A program made the translations under genes and the position numbers. The notes under the pieces were generated by a model, which was given only the letters and a program-made list of their open reading frames with translations, did no database searches and had not been told where the DNA came from. Positions 49,731 through 59,500 of a stretch of 64,000 bases of DNA are shown here, piece by piece (position 1 is the stretch's first letter; the number at the start of each line of letters is the position of its first letter). This DNA comes from Fidelibacterota bacterium (GTDB lineage Bacteria; Fidelibacterota; Marinisomatia; Marinisomatales; UBA1611): the NCBI GenBank assembly GCA_002708715.1, contig PAPB01000004.1, forward strand, positions 52,690-116,689, in the 5' to 3' direction.

Positions 49731-50282
49731 ATGAAAATAAAACATAGTTACAACAATAAAGAATTAATCAAAAGTGGCAATGGAACACTGTTTGGCTCTA
49801 AAACAGGGAAATTACCTTTAACACAAATGCTCATGTTAAGTAGAATTAAAGAAATTTATGATCATGGAGGAAAATATAATAAAGGGAGACTTATTGGAGA
49901 ACTAGATATAAATGAAAATGATTGGTTTTTTCATTGTCATTTCAAAAATGATCCAGTTATGCCAGGTTGTTTAGGGTTAGATGGAATGTGGCAATTGGTC
50001 GGTTTTTATTTAACTTGGTTAGGTGGAAAAGGCCGTGGTAGGGCGCTAGGAGTAAAAGAAGTCAAATTCAAAGGACAAATTCGACCCTATCATAAAAAAA
50101 TAATATACCATATAGATATAAAACGATTTTTCGATAAAAATGGAAATTATATGATTTGGGCTGATGGTACAGTAACAACAGATAATAATAAAATAATTTA
50201 TTTTGCAAAAAATTTACAAGTTGGACTATTTAATAATCTAACGTATGATTTTGGTGGAGATCCAACACAAGATGCTTTTTAA
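49731..50282 (+). CDS. fabA: 3-hydroxydecanoyl-ACP dehydratase/isomerase
   Basis: 'WFFHCHFKNDPVMPGCLGLDGMWQLVGFYLTWLGGKGRGRALGVKEVKF.GQ' is nearly identical in pattern to the E. coli FabA active-site region. Confidence 0.85.
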   Translation: MKIKHSYNNKELIKSGNGTLFGSKTGKLPLTQMLMLSRIKEIYDHGGKYNKGRLIGELDINENDWFFHCHFKNDPVMPGCLGLDGMWQLVGFYLTWLGGKGRGRALGVKEVKFKGQIRPYHKKIIYHIDIKRFFDKNGNYMIWADGTVTTDNNKIIYFAKNLQVGLFNNLTYDFGGDPTQDAF

Positions 50283-50306
50283 ATATAATTTATTTTATTA
50301 AAAAAA

Positions 50307-51404
50307 ATGGCTTTAAAATGTGGAATTGTCGGGTTGCCAAACGTTGGTAAATCTACTTTATTCAACGCACTTACTCAATCTTCAGTCCCTGCGGAAAATT
50401 ATCCATTTTGTACAATAGATCCACATTTAGGCATTGTAGAACTACCAGATAAACGCCTTTTTGAACTAAGCAACATATATAAACCTAAGAAAACAACTGC
50501 AGCAACAGTAGAGTTTACAGATATTGCTGGCCTAGTTAAAGGCGCTAGTAAAGGAGAAGGATTAGGAAATCAATTTTTAAGCCAAATTAGACAAACAGCA
50601 GCTATTATTCATGTGGTTCGATGTTTTGAAAATGAAAAAATAAATCATGTAGATGGGAAAATAAACCCAATTCACGACATTGAAATAATTGAAACTGAAT
50701 TGCTTCTAGCAGATATTGAAATACTACAAAAAAGAAAACAAAAACTTAATAAAATAGCCAGGTCAGGAAATAAGGATGATCGCATCTTACTCTATATAGT
50801 AGATCAATTAATTAACCATTGCTCAAGTGGAAAGCATGTAAAAACATTCAAAATTGATGAAGAATTTATTAATTTAAAAAAATCCCTTCACCTATTAACA
50901 GATAAACCCATGCTCTACATTGGCAATATGGGAGAAGAAGATTTATTAAATAAAAATTCAAAACATTTAAATACTCTAACGGAATATATTAAAAACCAAA
51001 ATAATGAAATTATTTTCTTATGCGCATCAATTGAACAAGAAATATCTTTATTGGATAAAAAAGAACAAAATACATTTTTTAATGAATATAATTTGTCTGA
51101 ACCTGGACTAAATAAAGTAATTCAATCCAGTTTTAATCTGTTAGGTCTTCAAACTTTTTTTACATGCGGAGAACAAGAAGTACGTTCCTGGACAATTCGA
51201 AAAGGTGAACTTGCACCAAAAGCTGCAGGAGCAATTCATAGTGATATGGAAAGAGGCTTTATAAAAGCTGAAATATTTAAATATAATGATCTTATTAAAT
51301 ATCAATCAGAAAACAAACTAAAAGAATTAGGACTTATTAAACAAGAAGGTAAAAACTATGTTGTAAATGATGGTGACTGTATATATTTTAAATTTAATGT
51401 TTAA
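50307..51404 (+). CDS. ychF: Ribosome-binding ATPase YchF
   Basis: 'CGIVGLPNVGKSTLFNALT', 'NYPFCTIDP', 'FTDIAGLVKGAS.GEGLGNQFL', and a C-terminal TGS-like 'RSWTI..G..AP.AAG.IHSD.ERGFI.AE'. Confidence 0.9.
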   Translation: MALKCGIVGLPNVGKSTLFNALTQSSVPAENYPFCTIDPHLGIVELPDKRLFELSNIYKPKKTTAATVEFTDIAGLVKGASKGEGLGNQFLSQIRQTAAIIHVVRCFENEKINHVDGKINPIHDIEIIETELLLADIEILQKRKQKLNKIARSGNKDDRILLYIVDQLINHCSSGKHVKTFKIDEEFINLKKSLHLLTDKPMLYIGNMGEEDLLNKNSKHLNTLTEYIKNQNNEIIFLCASIEQEISLLDKKEQNTFFNEYNLSEPGLNKVIQSSFNLLGLQTFFTCGEQEVRSWTIRKGELAPKAAGAIHSDMERGFIKAEIFKYNDLIKYQSENKLKELGLIKQEGKNYVVNDGDCIYFKFNV

Positions 51405-51412
51405 GCTAAATA

Positions 51413-52075
51413 TTAGTCCTCGTCTTCATAATCATCCCACTCATCTTCATAATCATCATCGTCATAATCATCTTCATCATAATAATAATCAGGAGGATAA
51501 GTAAAATAAGGATTATTATTCATTGAATATGGATTAGAAGAAGGCAACTCTTCTTTTTTACTATCCTCTATTTTATTAGGGATTTCTTGCTTAACAACAA
51601 TTACTTTAGGATCACTATTAGTAGTAGTATTAGAACCTTGTACTTGATTTATTGCGTTCATAACAAAATCACGATCATCTTTGGAAAGATTACTTGTATT
51701 TGTAGCACTTGAAGAGGTTAACACATTTTGTTGATTCCTAAAATTGAGTCCAGTAAGTATTGCAAAAAATAATATTACTAAGGATAATATCGACCCTTCA
51801 GCTTCAAACTCAAAGCCACCCCAAAGATTTTGAGTAATTCCAAAACCAAGAAAAATCCCTATGGCAAGCATAACTCCAAAGAGAATAATCATATTACCCA
51901 TTTGCTTAGGAATATTAGATTCCATAACAAGCATATATAAAAACCATACTAATATTCCCAATACAGTTATAAGAATACTAGCAAGAAACTCACCCAACAA
52001 TAGAGCTATAACAAAACCTACAACCCCAGCTGCCGGAATTATATACCCAAACCCGGATTTCATATCATTAGCCAT
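51413..52075 (-). CDS. Hypothetical 4-TM membrane protein with an extreme D/E/Y-rich C-terminal tail
   Basis: Four hydrophobic helices, then an S/T/N-rich linker, ending 'PPDYYYDEDDYDDDDYEDEWDDYEDED'. No recognisable family. Confidence 0.5.
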   Translation of the reverse strand: MANDMKSGFGYIIPAAGVVGFVIALLLGEFLASILITVLGILVWFLYMLVMESNIPKQMGNMIILFGVMLAIGIFLGFGITQNLWGGFEFEAEGSILSLVILFFAILTGLNFRNQQNVLTSSSATNTSNLSKDDRDFVMNAINQVQGSNTTTNSDPKVIVVKQEIPNKIEDSKKEELPSSNPYSMNNNPYFTYPPDYYYDEDDYDDDDYEDEWDDYEDED

Positions 52076-52216
52076 ATTGAAACTCCTAAAACACCTCGAT
52101 TTACATCAAAAATTGCTGTTTGTTTATAACAAAAGCAAGATTTTTCATTAATTACATATTCTAATAATTTCTATTGTACAATATCATAAATCTATTGCGT
52201 AATTTTACGTTGAATT

Positions 52217-53215
52217 ATGTTAAATAAGCCTATCAAAATTGGTGTTATTGGCGTAGGCCATTTAGGCATACATCATGTAAAACATTATAATGATCTTAAT
52301 AATACAATACTTATTGGAATCCATGATATAGATATAATAAGAGGGGAGGAGATTGCAAATAAATATGCAATTAAATTTTTCTTAGACCTAAAAACATTAA
52401 TAAAAAATGTAGATGCAGTTTCAATAGTAACTCCTACAACATATCATTTTGAAACCGCAAAACTTTGTATCAAAAACAAAAAACATGTATTTATTGAAAA
52501 ACCGATTACAGTTACATTAAAAGATGCAGACGAATTAATTAAATTAAGTAAAAAATATGGTGTTATTATTCAAGTTGGTCACATTGAAAGATTGAACCCT
52601 TCATTATTAGCGCTGAAGCCTTATACGATTAAACCAAAATTTATAGAAATCCAAAGATTGGCTCCTTATAGTGAGAGAGGATCAGACGTACCTGTAGTTT
52701 TAGATAAAATGATACATGATATTGATATTTTATTATCTTTAGTTGATTGTCCAGTTATTTCACTACAAGCAACAGGAATGTCAATAATCACTAATTCTTT
52801 AGATATAGCACATGCAAGAATAAAATTTAAAAACGGAACTGTGGCAAGTATAATGTCTAGCCGTATTGCACAAAATGATATTAGAAAGGTAAAACTATTT
52901 CAAAAAAATCTTTATGCAACTCTCGATTTATTACTAGGATTGACGGAAGTATATAAAATAAGAAACAACCAACCTAATGATATAAATATTATTGAAAGTG
53001 TTCCTTTTTTACGTAATAATAAAAAACAGTTTATAACCTATGAAAAACCTTTAATAAAATTGAATGATGCACTGAAAGAAGAATTAAGAAATTTTATACA
53101 ATCAATAATTGGTAATGAAAAACCAATAGTAGATGGAGAATCAGGAAAAAATGCCCTAGCACTAGCTCTCCGAATCCAAAATGAAATTAATAAGGATATC
53201 CATTTATGGGATTAA
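52217..53215 (+). CDS. Gfo/Idh/MocA-family NAD(P)-dependent oxidoreductase
   Basis: N-terminal Rossmann 'IGVIGVGHLG', the family 'VFIEKP' motif, and 'GHIERLNP'. It overlaps the next gene by 10 nt. Confidence 0.8.
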   Translation: MLNKPIKIGVIGVGHLGIHHVKHYNDLNNTILIGIHDIDIIRGEEIANKYAIKFFLDLKTLIKNVDAVSIVTPTTYHFETAKLCIKNKKHVFIEKPITVTLKDADELIKLSKKYGVIIQVGHIERLNPSLLALKPYTIKPKFIEIQRLAPYSERGSDVPVVLDKMIHDIDILLSLVDCPVISLQATGMSIITNSLDIAHARIKFKNGTVASIMSSRIAQNDIRKVKLFQKNLYATLDLLLGLTEVYKIRNNQPNDINIIESVPFLRNNKKQFITYEKPLIKLNDALKEELRNFIQSIIGNEKPIVDGESGKNALALALRIQNEINKDIHLWD

Positions 53216-53796
53216 GATCGTTTTTATTCACCAAGCGCAGCTACACACCTATCCCAATTGTAATTATAATTCTTTTTTTATCTGATCAAACCCAATCTTT
53301 TTTCTACATAGGTCTTTTATTAATAGCTATTGGAGAAACAATAAGATTTAATGCAGTTAGATATGCTGGTGGAAGAACTAGAACAACTAAAGTAGGTGCA
53401 AAGGAATTATGTATATCTGGACCCTATGCACATACACGTAATCCACTATATATAGGTAATTTATTTATTTATTGTGGTGTAGTTCTTTTTAGCGGTGGTC
53501 CGCATCTATTACAATTGCTTTTTATTGTAGTTGCTTACTTTATTTTCCAATACAGTATGATAATTTCATTAGAGGAAGATAAGCTATTAACTATTTTTGG
53601 TAAAGAATACTTAGATTATAAAATGAATGTACCTAGACTTTTTCCATTACTTCATGCGTGGGATAGTAAACAACGCTCTAAACCTTTTCCTTTAGCAAAA
53701 ACTTTCCTTACGGAAAAACGCACATTGCAAAATATTATATTAATAATTTTTATAATAATGATTAAGCCAATTGTGATATATAATTTTTTTAATTGA
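53206..53796 (+). CDS. ICMT/Ste14-like (PEMT superfamily) integral-membrane methyltransferase
   Basis: Five or so TM helices. 'GPYAHTRNPLYIGN' and 'ISLEEDKLLTIFGKEYLDYKMNVPRLFP' match the isoprenylcysteine carboxyl methyltransferase C-terminal signature. Confidence 0.7.
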   Translation: MGLRSFLFTKRSYTPIPIVIIILFLSDQTQSFFYIGLLLIAIGETIRFNAVRYAGGRTRTTKVGAKELCISGPYAHTRNPLYIGNLFIYCGVVLFSGGPHLLQLLFIVVAYFIFQYSMIISLEEDKLLTIFGKEYLDYKMNVPRLFPLLHAWDSKQRSKPFPLAKTFLTEKRTLQNIILIIFIIMIKPIVIYNFFN

Positions 53797-53801
53797 GTTT
53801 A

Positions 53802-54932
53802 ATGGAAAATAAAACACCATTAAAATTTTTTATGATTGCTGGTGAACCATCTGGCGATCTACACGGTGCAAAATTAATTAATGCAATCAAATCAATAGAG
53901 AAAAATTCTTCTTTTATGGGACATGGTGGGGATTTAATGAGTAAAGAAGGAATGAAAATAATTGAGCACATAAATAATTTATCAATAATGGGATTTAAAG
54001 AAGTTATTATGCATCTCCCAAGAATTTTAAATATTTTTAATAAAACAATTCATTTAATTCAAAAAGTAAAACCAGATAGAATAATTTTAATAGACTATCC
54101 AGGTTTTAATCTAAAAATTGCAAAAAAAATTAGACGCTTAAAAATACCAATTTCTTATTTTATTTTACCACAAGCATGGGCATGGAAAAGTAGTAGAGTA
54201 AAAGTTATGAAACAAACATTAGATCAATCATTCTCAATTTTCCCTTTTGAAAAAAAATGGTATCAATCAAAAGGACTCCCTGTAAAATATTTTGGGCATC
54301 CATTTATTGAAGATGAACATGTAAATGAAAACACAAAACAATTTTATAAAAGACATAATCTCAATTCAAATTACCCATTGCTAACCCTGCTACCTGGAAG
54401 CAGACAACAAGAAATAAATAGACACTGGCCTATTTTTGTAAAAACTACAGAATTAATAAAAAAAAAATATCCAAATATTCAAATACTTTTAGCTAAATCA
54501 GATAATGTTATTATTCAAAATATTCCGCAAAATTATAAAATAGAAAAAAATTCTAGGAAGGCAATTTTAGCAGCATCTGCTACACTAGTAGCATCAGGAA
54601 CAGCAACATTAGAGTGTGCGATAGCAAATACACCAATGGTTGTATGTTACAAATTATCAACTATATCATGGTTGATTTCACAATACCTAATCAAAATTAA
54701 ATTTATTTCAATTGTAAATTTAATTGCAGAAAAAAAAATTGTACCTGAATTTCTTCAATCTGATATGGATCCAGAAAAAATACAAAATAACTTAATTAAG
54801 CTTTTAGATATCAATTCAACAAAACGAAATACAATGATTCAAAACTTAGAAAAAGTTAAAAAACAACTTGGCTCTCCAGGCGTATATAAGAAAATAGCAG
54901 AATCTATAGTTAAAAAAACAATGAAAAATTAA
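53802..54932 (+). CDS. lpxB: Lipid-A-disaccharide synthase
   Basis: 'FFMIAGEPSGDLHGAKLI', 'IDYPGFNL', 'LPGSR..EI', 'ASGTATLE.A....PMVV.YK'. ATG at 53802; an in-frame TTG at 53793 makes a TTGA overlap with the upstream stop. Confidence 0.9.
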   Translation: MENKTPLKFFMIAGEPSGDLHGAKLINAIKSIEKNSSFMGHGGDLMSKEGMKIIEHINNLSIMGFKEVIMHLPRILNIFNKTIHLIQKVKPDRIILIDYPGFNLKIAKKIRRLKIPISYFILPQAWAWKSSRVKVMKQTLDQSFSIFPFEKKWYQSKGLPVKYFGHPFIEDEHVNENTKQFYKRHNLNSNYPLLTLLPGSRQQEINRHWPIFVKTTELIKKKYPNIQILLAKSDNVIIQNIPQNYKIEKNSRKAILAASATLVASGTATLECAIANTPMVVCYKLSTISWLISQYLIKIKFISIVNLIAEKKIVPEFLQSDMDPEKIQNNLIKLLDINSTKRNTMIQNLEKVKKQLGSPGVYKKIAESIVKKTMKN

Positions 54933-54940
54933 ATATATCA

Positions 54941-55549
54941 ATGTTTAAAAAATTAAAAATAGGTTTATTAAGCGTAATTCTAAAGTTTATATACGGATCA
55001 AATCAAAAAACAATTTATGGAAGAAATAATTATTTAAAATTAATCAAACAGCAAAAACCTATTATTTTTGCCGTTTGGCACGGTCATCTTCTTTCAATTG
55101 TACATGATCTACGTAACTTAAAAATGCATGCACTGGCAGGAACCCATCCTGACGCAGACCTTATATCAAAAATCGCAGAATTTAGAGGATGGAAAATGAT
55201 TAGAGGCTCTAGCAAAGAAAAAGGACAACAAGCATATAAGAAGATGATTAAACTACTCAACGAACAATATGACTCAATGTTATTTATAACACCAGATGGT
55301 CCTTCAGGCCCACCTCAAATTCCTAAATTAGGTGTCATCAGATTAGCACAAAAAAGTGGTGCTGCAATAATACCTATCAAAGTTGATTATAGTACAAGCT
55401 GGGGTTTTAAAAATTGGGATATTTTTTATTTAGCAAAACCATTTAAAAAAATAAATATTAATTACGGTAAACCAATCTATTTTAATAAAAATTTAGATGA
55501 TAAGTATTGTTCGCAATATTTAATTAATGCATTAACAAATGAAAAATAA
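54941..55549 (+). CDS. DUF374-type lysophospholipid-acyltransferase-like protein
   Basis: 'FAVWHGHLL', 'GSSSKEKG'-like 'IRGSSKEKGQQA', 'ITPDGPSGP'. This family is commonly found next to waaA/lpxK genes. Confidence 0.6.
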   Translation: MFKKLKIGLLSVILKFIYGSNQKTIYGRNNYLKLIKQQKPIIFAVWHGHLLSIVHDLRNLKMHALAGTHPDADLISKIAEFRGWKMIRGSSKEKGQQAYKKMIKLLNEQYDSMLFITPDGPSGPPQIPKLGVIRLAQKSGAAIIPIKVDYSTSWGFKNWDIFYLAKPFKKININYGKPIYFNKNLDDKYCSQYLINALTNEK

Positions 55550-55590
55550 AATTTATTTGTATAATACAATTATTTATAATTAAATAAATC

Positions 55591-56589
55591 ATGAGGTTTT
55601 TTTTATATCCTTTTAGTTTGCTATTTCAACTTATAGTTTTTTTTAGAAATTTTCTTTATAATAAAAATATTCTCAAAACATATCGATTGCCGTGTATTGT
55701 TATTAGTGTCGGGAACATTACTGTGGGAGGAACTGGCAAAACGCCTTTCGTAATTTATTTATCTAATATTTTAAAAAATAATTATCATTATAAAGTGGCG
55801 ATTTTAAGTAGAGGCTATGGAAGATCAACAAAAGGAACCGTGCTAGTATCTAATGGGAAAGGACCTTTACATGATTGGAGCATTGTTGGAGATGAACCAT
55901 ATATGATGTCTAAAAAACTAAAAGAGATACCCATTGTAGTAGATGAAAACCGCTTCAGAGGTGGATCCTTTTTAATTAAAAAACATAATCCAGATATTAT
56001 CATATTAGATGATGGTTTTCAACATAGATCTCTATATCGAGATTTAGATATTGTTCTTTTAAATGGGAATGATTCTAAATTTAATTATAAACTTTTACCA
56101 CAAGGATTATTAAGGGAACCTTGGCAAAACATAAAACGTGCTGACAAAATTTTTATCACTAAAAACTATCCAAATCAATTTCTATTAAAACAATTAAAAA
56201 ATAAAAAAATAAAATTTTATTTTACAAAAACACATAGCAAAATAAACAAATCAAATTATTTAAAAGAAAATATAAATTTAAAATTTGAAGAGTCAAAAGT
56301 ATTCTTGTTATCAGGTATAGGTGATCCAAAAAGTTTCACCAAAACCGTAAATGATTTAAATTATAAAATAGTAGGAATAAAAAATTTTCCTGATCACCAT
56401 GCATTTAACCAACAAGCAATTAATAAATTAATAGAATTAGCAAAGACACTAAAGGCAGATTATATTGTTACTACTGAAAAAGATTGGGTAAAGCTAGACT
56501 CATTAAAATTAAATTTCCCTTTTATAATCGTTGATATCAAAATAGAAATCGTAGAAAAAAATGTTTTAAAAAATTTATTTAATTTTTAA
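55591..56589 (+). CDS. lpxK: Tetraacyldisaccharide 4'-kinase
   Basis: 'ISVGNITVGGTGKTP', 'ILSRGYG', 'GDEP', 'ILDDGFQH', 'FPDHH.F', 'TTEKD.VK'. Confidence 0.9.
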   Translation: MRFFLYPFSLLFQLIVFFRNFLYNKNILKTYRLPCIVISVGNITVGGTGKTPFVIYLSNILKNNYHYKVAILSRGYGRSTKGTVLVSNGKGPLHDWSIVGDEPYMMSKKLKEIPIVVDENRFRGGSFLIKKHNPDIIILDDGFQHRSLYRDLDIVLLNGNDSKFNYKLLPQGLLREPWQNIKRADKIFITKNYPNQFLLKQLKNKKIKFYFTKTHSKINKSNYLKENINLKFEESKVFLLSGIGDPKSFTKTVNDLNYKIVGIKNFPDHHAFNQQAINKLIELAKTLKADYIVTTEKDWVKLDSLKLNFPFIIVDIKIEIVEKNVLKNLFNF

Positions 56590-56595
56590 TAATTT

Positions 56596-59500
56596 TTATA
56601 TTTGTGCCATACCCCAAGCAAATACAACACCAACAAATGTTAACATTAAAGGCCATCCAGTATTAACTAATTGTTTTGAGCTGGGATCATGAAAAACATG
56701 TACTTGAAAATCATGAGTGGAAGTTGCACCATGCTCGTCAATTGCCATTAAAATAAAATCATTCATTCCAAGTTGATTTTTTCTTGGAGTCCAATCTACA
56801 ATAGCTTTCTTTTTATCGAATCGTGCATATTTAGGCAACCTAACAGCCCTATAAGCAACTTTATCACCGTTTAAATCTTCTGTTGTGATTTTGTATCGCC
56901 AAGAATGGCCTGTTAAACCAACAGGTTTTGGATTAGAAACTACCGTTGGAGCATTGTTTACAAATATTTTTGCAGATTGCACATCCGTACCAAAACCATC
57001 GCTTACTGCTACTTCAAAAGTATTATTATTTATTTGTGCGGCTTTTGGAACCCATAATATTTTTCCATATCGATCCATTTGCATACCATGAGGTCCTTTC
57101 ATCAAAGTATACTCTAATGAAGAATTTTCATTATTATCATCTACTCTTACTTGATATTTAAACAACTCTCCAACTAACCCCATATGTGGAGGATTAGAAA
57201 CAATAGTTGGTAAATGATTAGAATAGACTTCAAAAGTTTGTTCATCTTTACTATAACCATCAGATACAACGACAGTAACTCTATGTGCGTCGGGTTGATT
57301 AATTGATGGAACCCAACGAATTGTTCCAGAAGAACGATCAATTTCCATTCCTTCAGGAAAATCTAAAAGACTATAATTCATAGTACTAATACGTTCGACA
57401 ATAACTCTAGGTGGCTTACCCTTACTTCCATGAAAAAACTCCCATAAAAAGTCTTTTACTTTTATTGTTCGTCCATCTAAAGTCTCAAGCAAAACCCACA
57501 ATCTATCATCTTCAAAAAATACTGAATGAGTATAACGCTTTAAATTTAATCGAGAAACAAGAGAATCAGCAGGATACTTAGGGTCAACATAATATATAGC
57601 TTCAGCATTATGCCAATCACCAAGAAACCTATCTATATTAGCCAAAGCTACATCATCCGTTATATTTATAGAATACATACGAATATTTGAGGTGTCATTT
57701 AATTTCACCACTCTTTTAAAAGGTAATAATGATCCTTTATTTTTATCGTTTATAATTAAAGGATAAGTATATTCTTCACCAACAGTAGCTGACATAGTTG
57801 GCACAGAAACAATATTAACTGGTGCATTAACAAAAAATTCCGCTTCTATCATTCTTGATTCATGCCCATCTGATACTTCAATTTCTAATTTATGAAAATC
57901 AAGTTCATTCATACTTGGCTCCCAACGTAAAAATCCCGTTTTAGGATCCATACGCATACCTTCAGGTAATTTTTTCGCCGTAAATACAAGCTGATCATTT
58001 TTATTCGGGTCACTAACATCTAAATCAAAATCCCAAATACCACCTGCGTTTATAGTATTCATCATCATTGGTGCTTTTTTTATAACTGGTGGATGATTTA
58101 CAAATAGATTAACGTATTGAGTATCTGTTGCAACTCCATGGCTAGCGACGATAGTATATTTTACTGTATCTACTTGAATAGGATTGGGGGTCCATGAAAT
58201 TGCCCCATCTGGATGTAAAATCATTCCTTCTGGACTTGTGAGGAGTTTATAATTTATTTTTTGATCTGGCTTTTGTTTCCATACTTTTACAGAATAAGAG
58301 TATTTTTGCCCAACACTAGCTTTTGTGTCTGCCTTTGAAAGAATTTTTACACCCGCCCTTGAAAATAACTGAAAATTTTGAGCTGTTCTCTCAAAACCAT
58401 CCGTAGCAACAATCCTAACATCATAAACTTCAACATGTGAGCTATCAGTCTCCCATTCTATTATTCCATTTTCAATCACCATTCCATCAGGAGCCACTTC
58501 TAATTCTAATCTTACCAATGCATCTTTGTTGCGATCCTGAACAATAGGTTCATAATTAAAAGTTGAGCCAGCAATAAACTCTGTTATAGTAGGTTCAGTC
58601 AAAAATCTCGGCGGGTCATTTACATATATCCATAAGCTCTCATTCCTACTTTCTAAAACCGGAGTCGCTTTAAATATCTGGGTTTCCTCAATTGATCCAT
58701 TAGTAGCTTCCATAATTTCATCAATCTTCATTCTTACCATATAAGAAATTTCAAATGCATCTAATTGCTTATCTGATGGAACCCAATTAATAGCTTTCAT
58801 TTCATATAAAAAATACATTCCTTTTGGCGGCTGATTTTCCCATCTAAAACTATAAAACTCATCAGAACTGTCCTTAGGAATATCATAAAGAAATGGTTGC
58901 CCAGGTCTTAAAATATATTTAGGTAAAATATGTTTTGGTAGTCTTATCCCTACAGATTCCTTTGGTTTAAGCGTTTTTGGAGCTTCCAAGGTTCGTACAA
59001 TTTTTTTGGGAATTTTAACTCTAGGCTGCTCTTTAAGCACTTTCCCTTCTCTTTGATCTAAAAATATAGTATTAGGAATATAACTACTTGGTGACTCCCC
59101 TAGATCTGTAATAATTCTTTGTTGTTGTTGATCTTCTTGTGGTTGATTAGCTGTTGGATCAATTTCAATATAAACTTCTGATATCTCTGGATCAACATCT
59201 TCTACATTCGATAATAAGTTAGGTAATTGTTTTTGTATAAAATCAGACGTAACCAAATATCCTTGGTCTAACTTATCAGATTTTTTACCTAATTGAATAA
59301 CATATGTTGAATTTATTTCACCATCCCATCCCGAAAGAAGAACACTCCCATTGTATACTCCTGCTTTAATCATGGGGAGCATAGAAAACACTTGTATTTC
59401 AGGGGGAACTTTTCGCATTGCATTTTCAATATTATTAACACCGCCATCTTTTCCAGAAACCAAAGTTAAAGAATTAATTTCAGATGATAAGGTTAAAATA

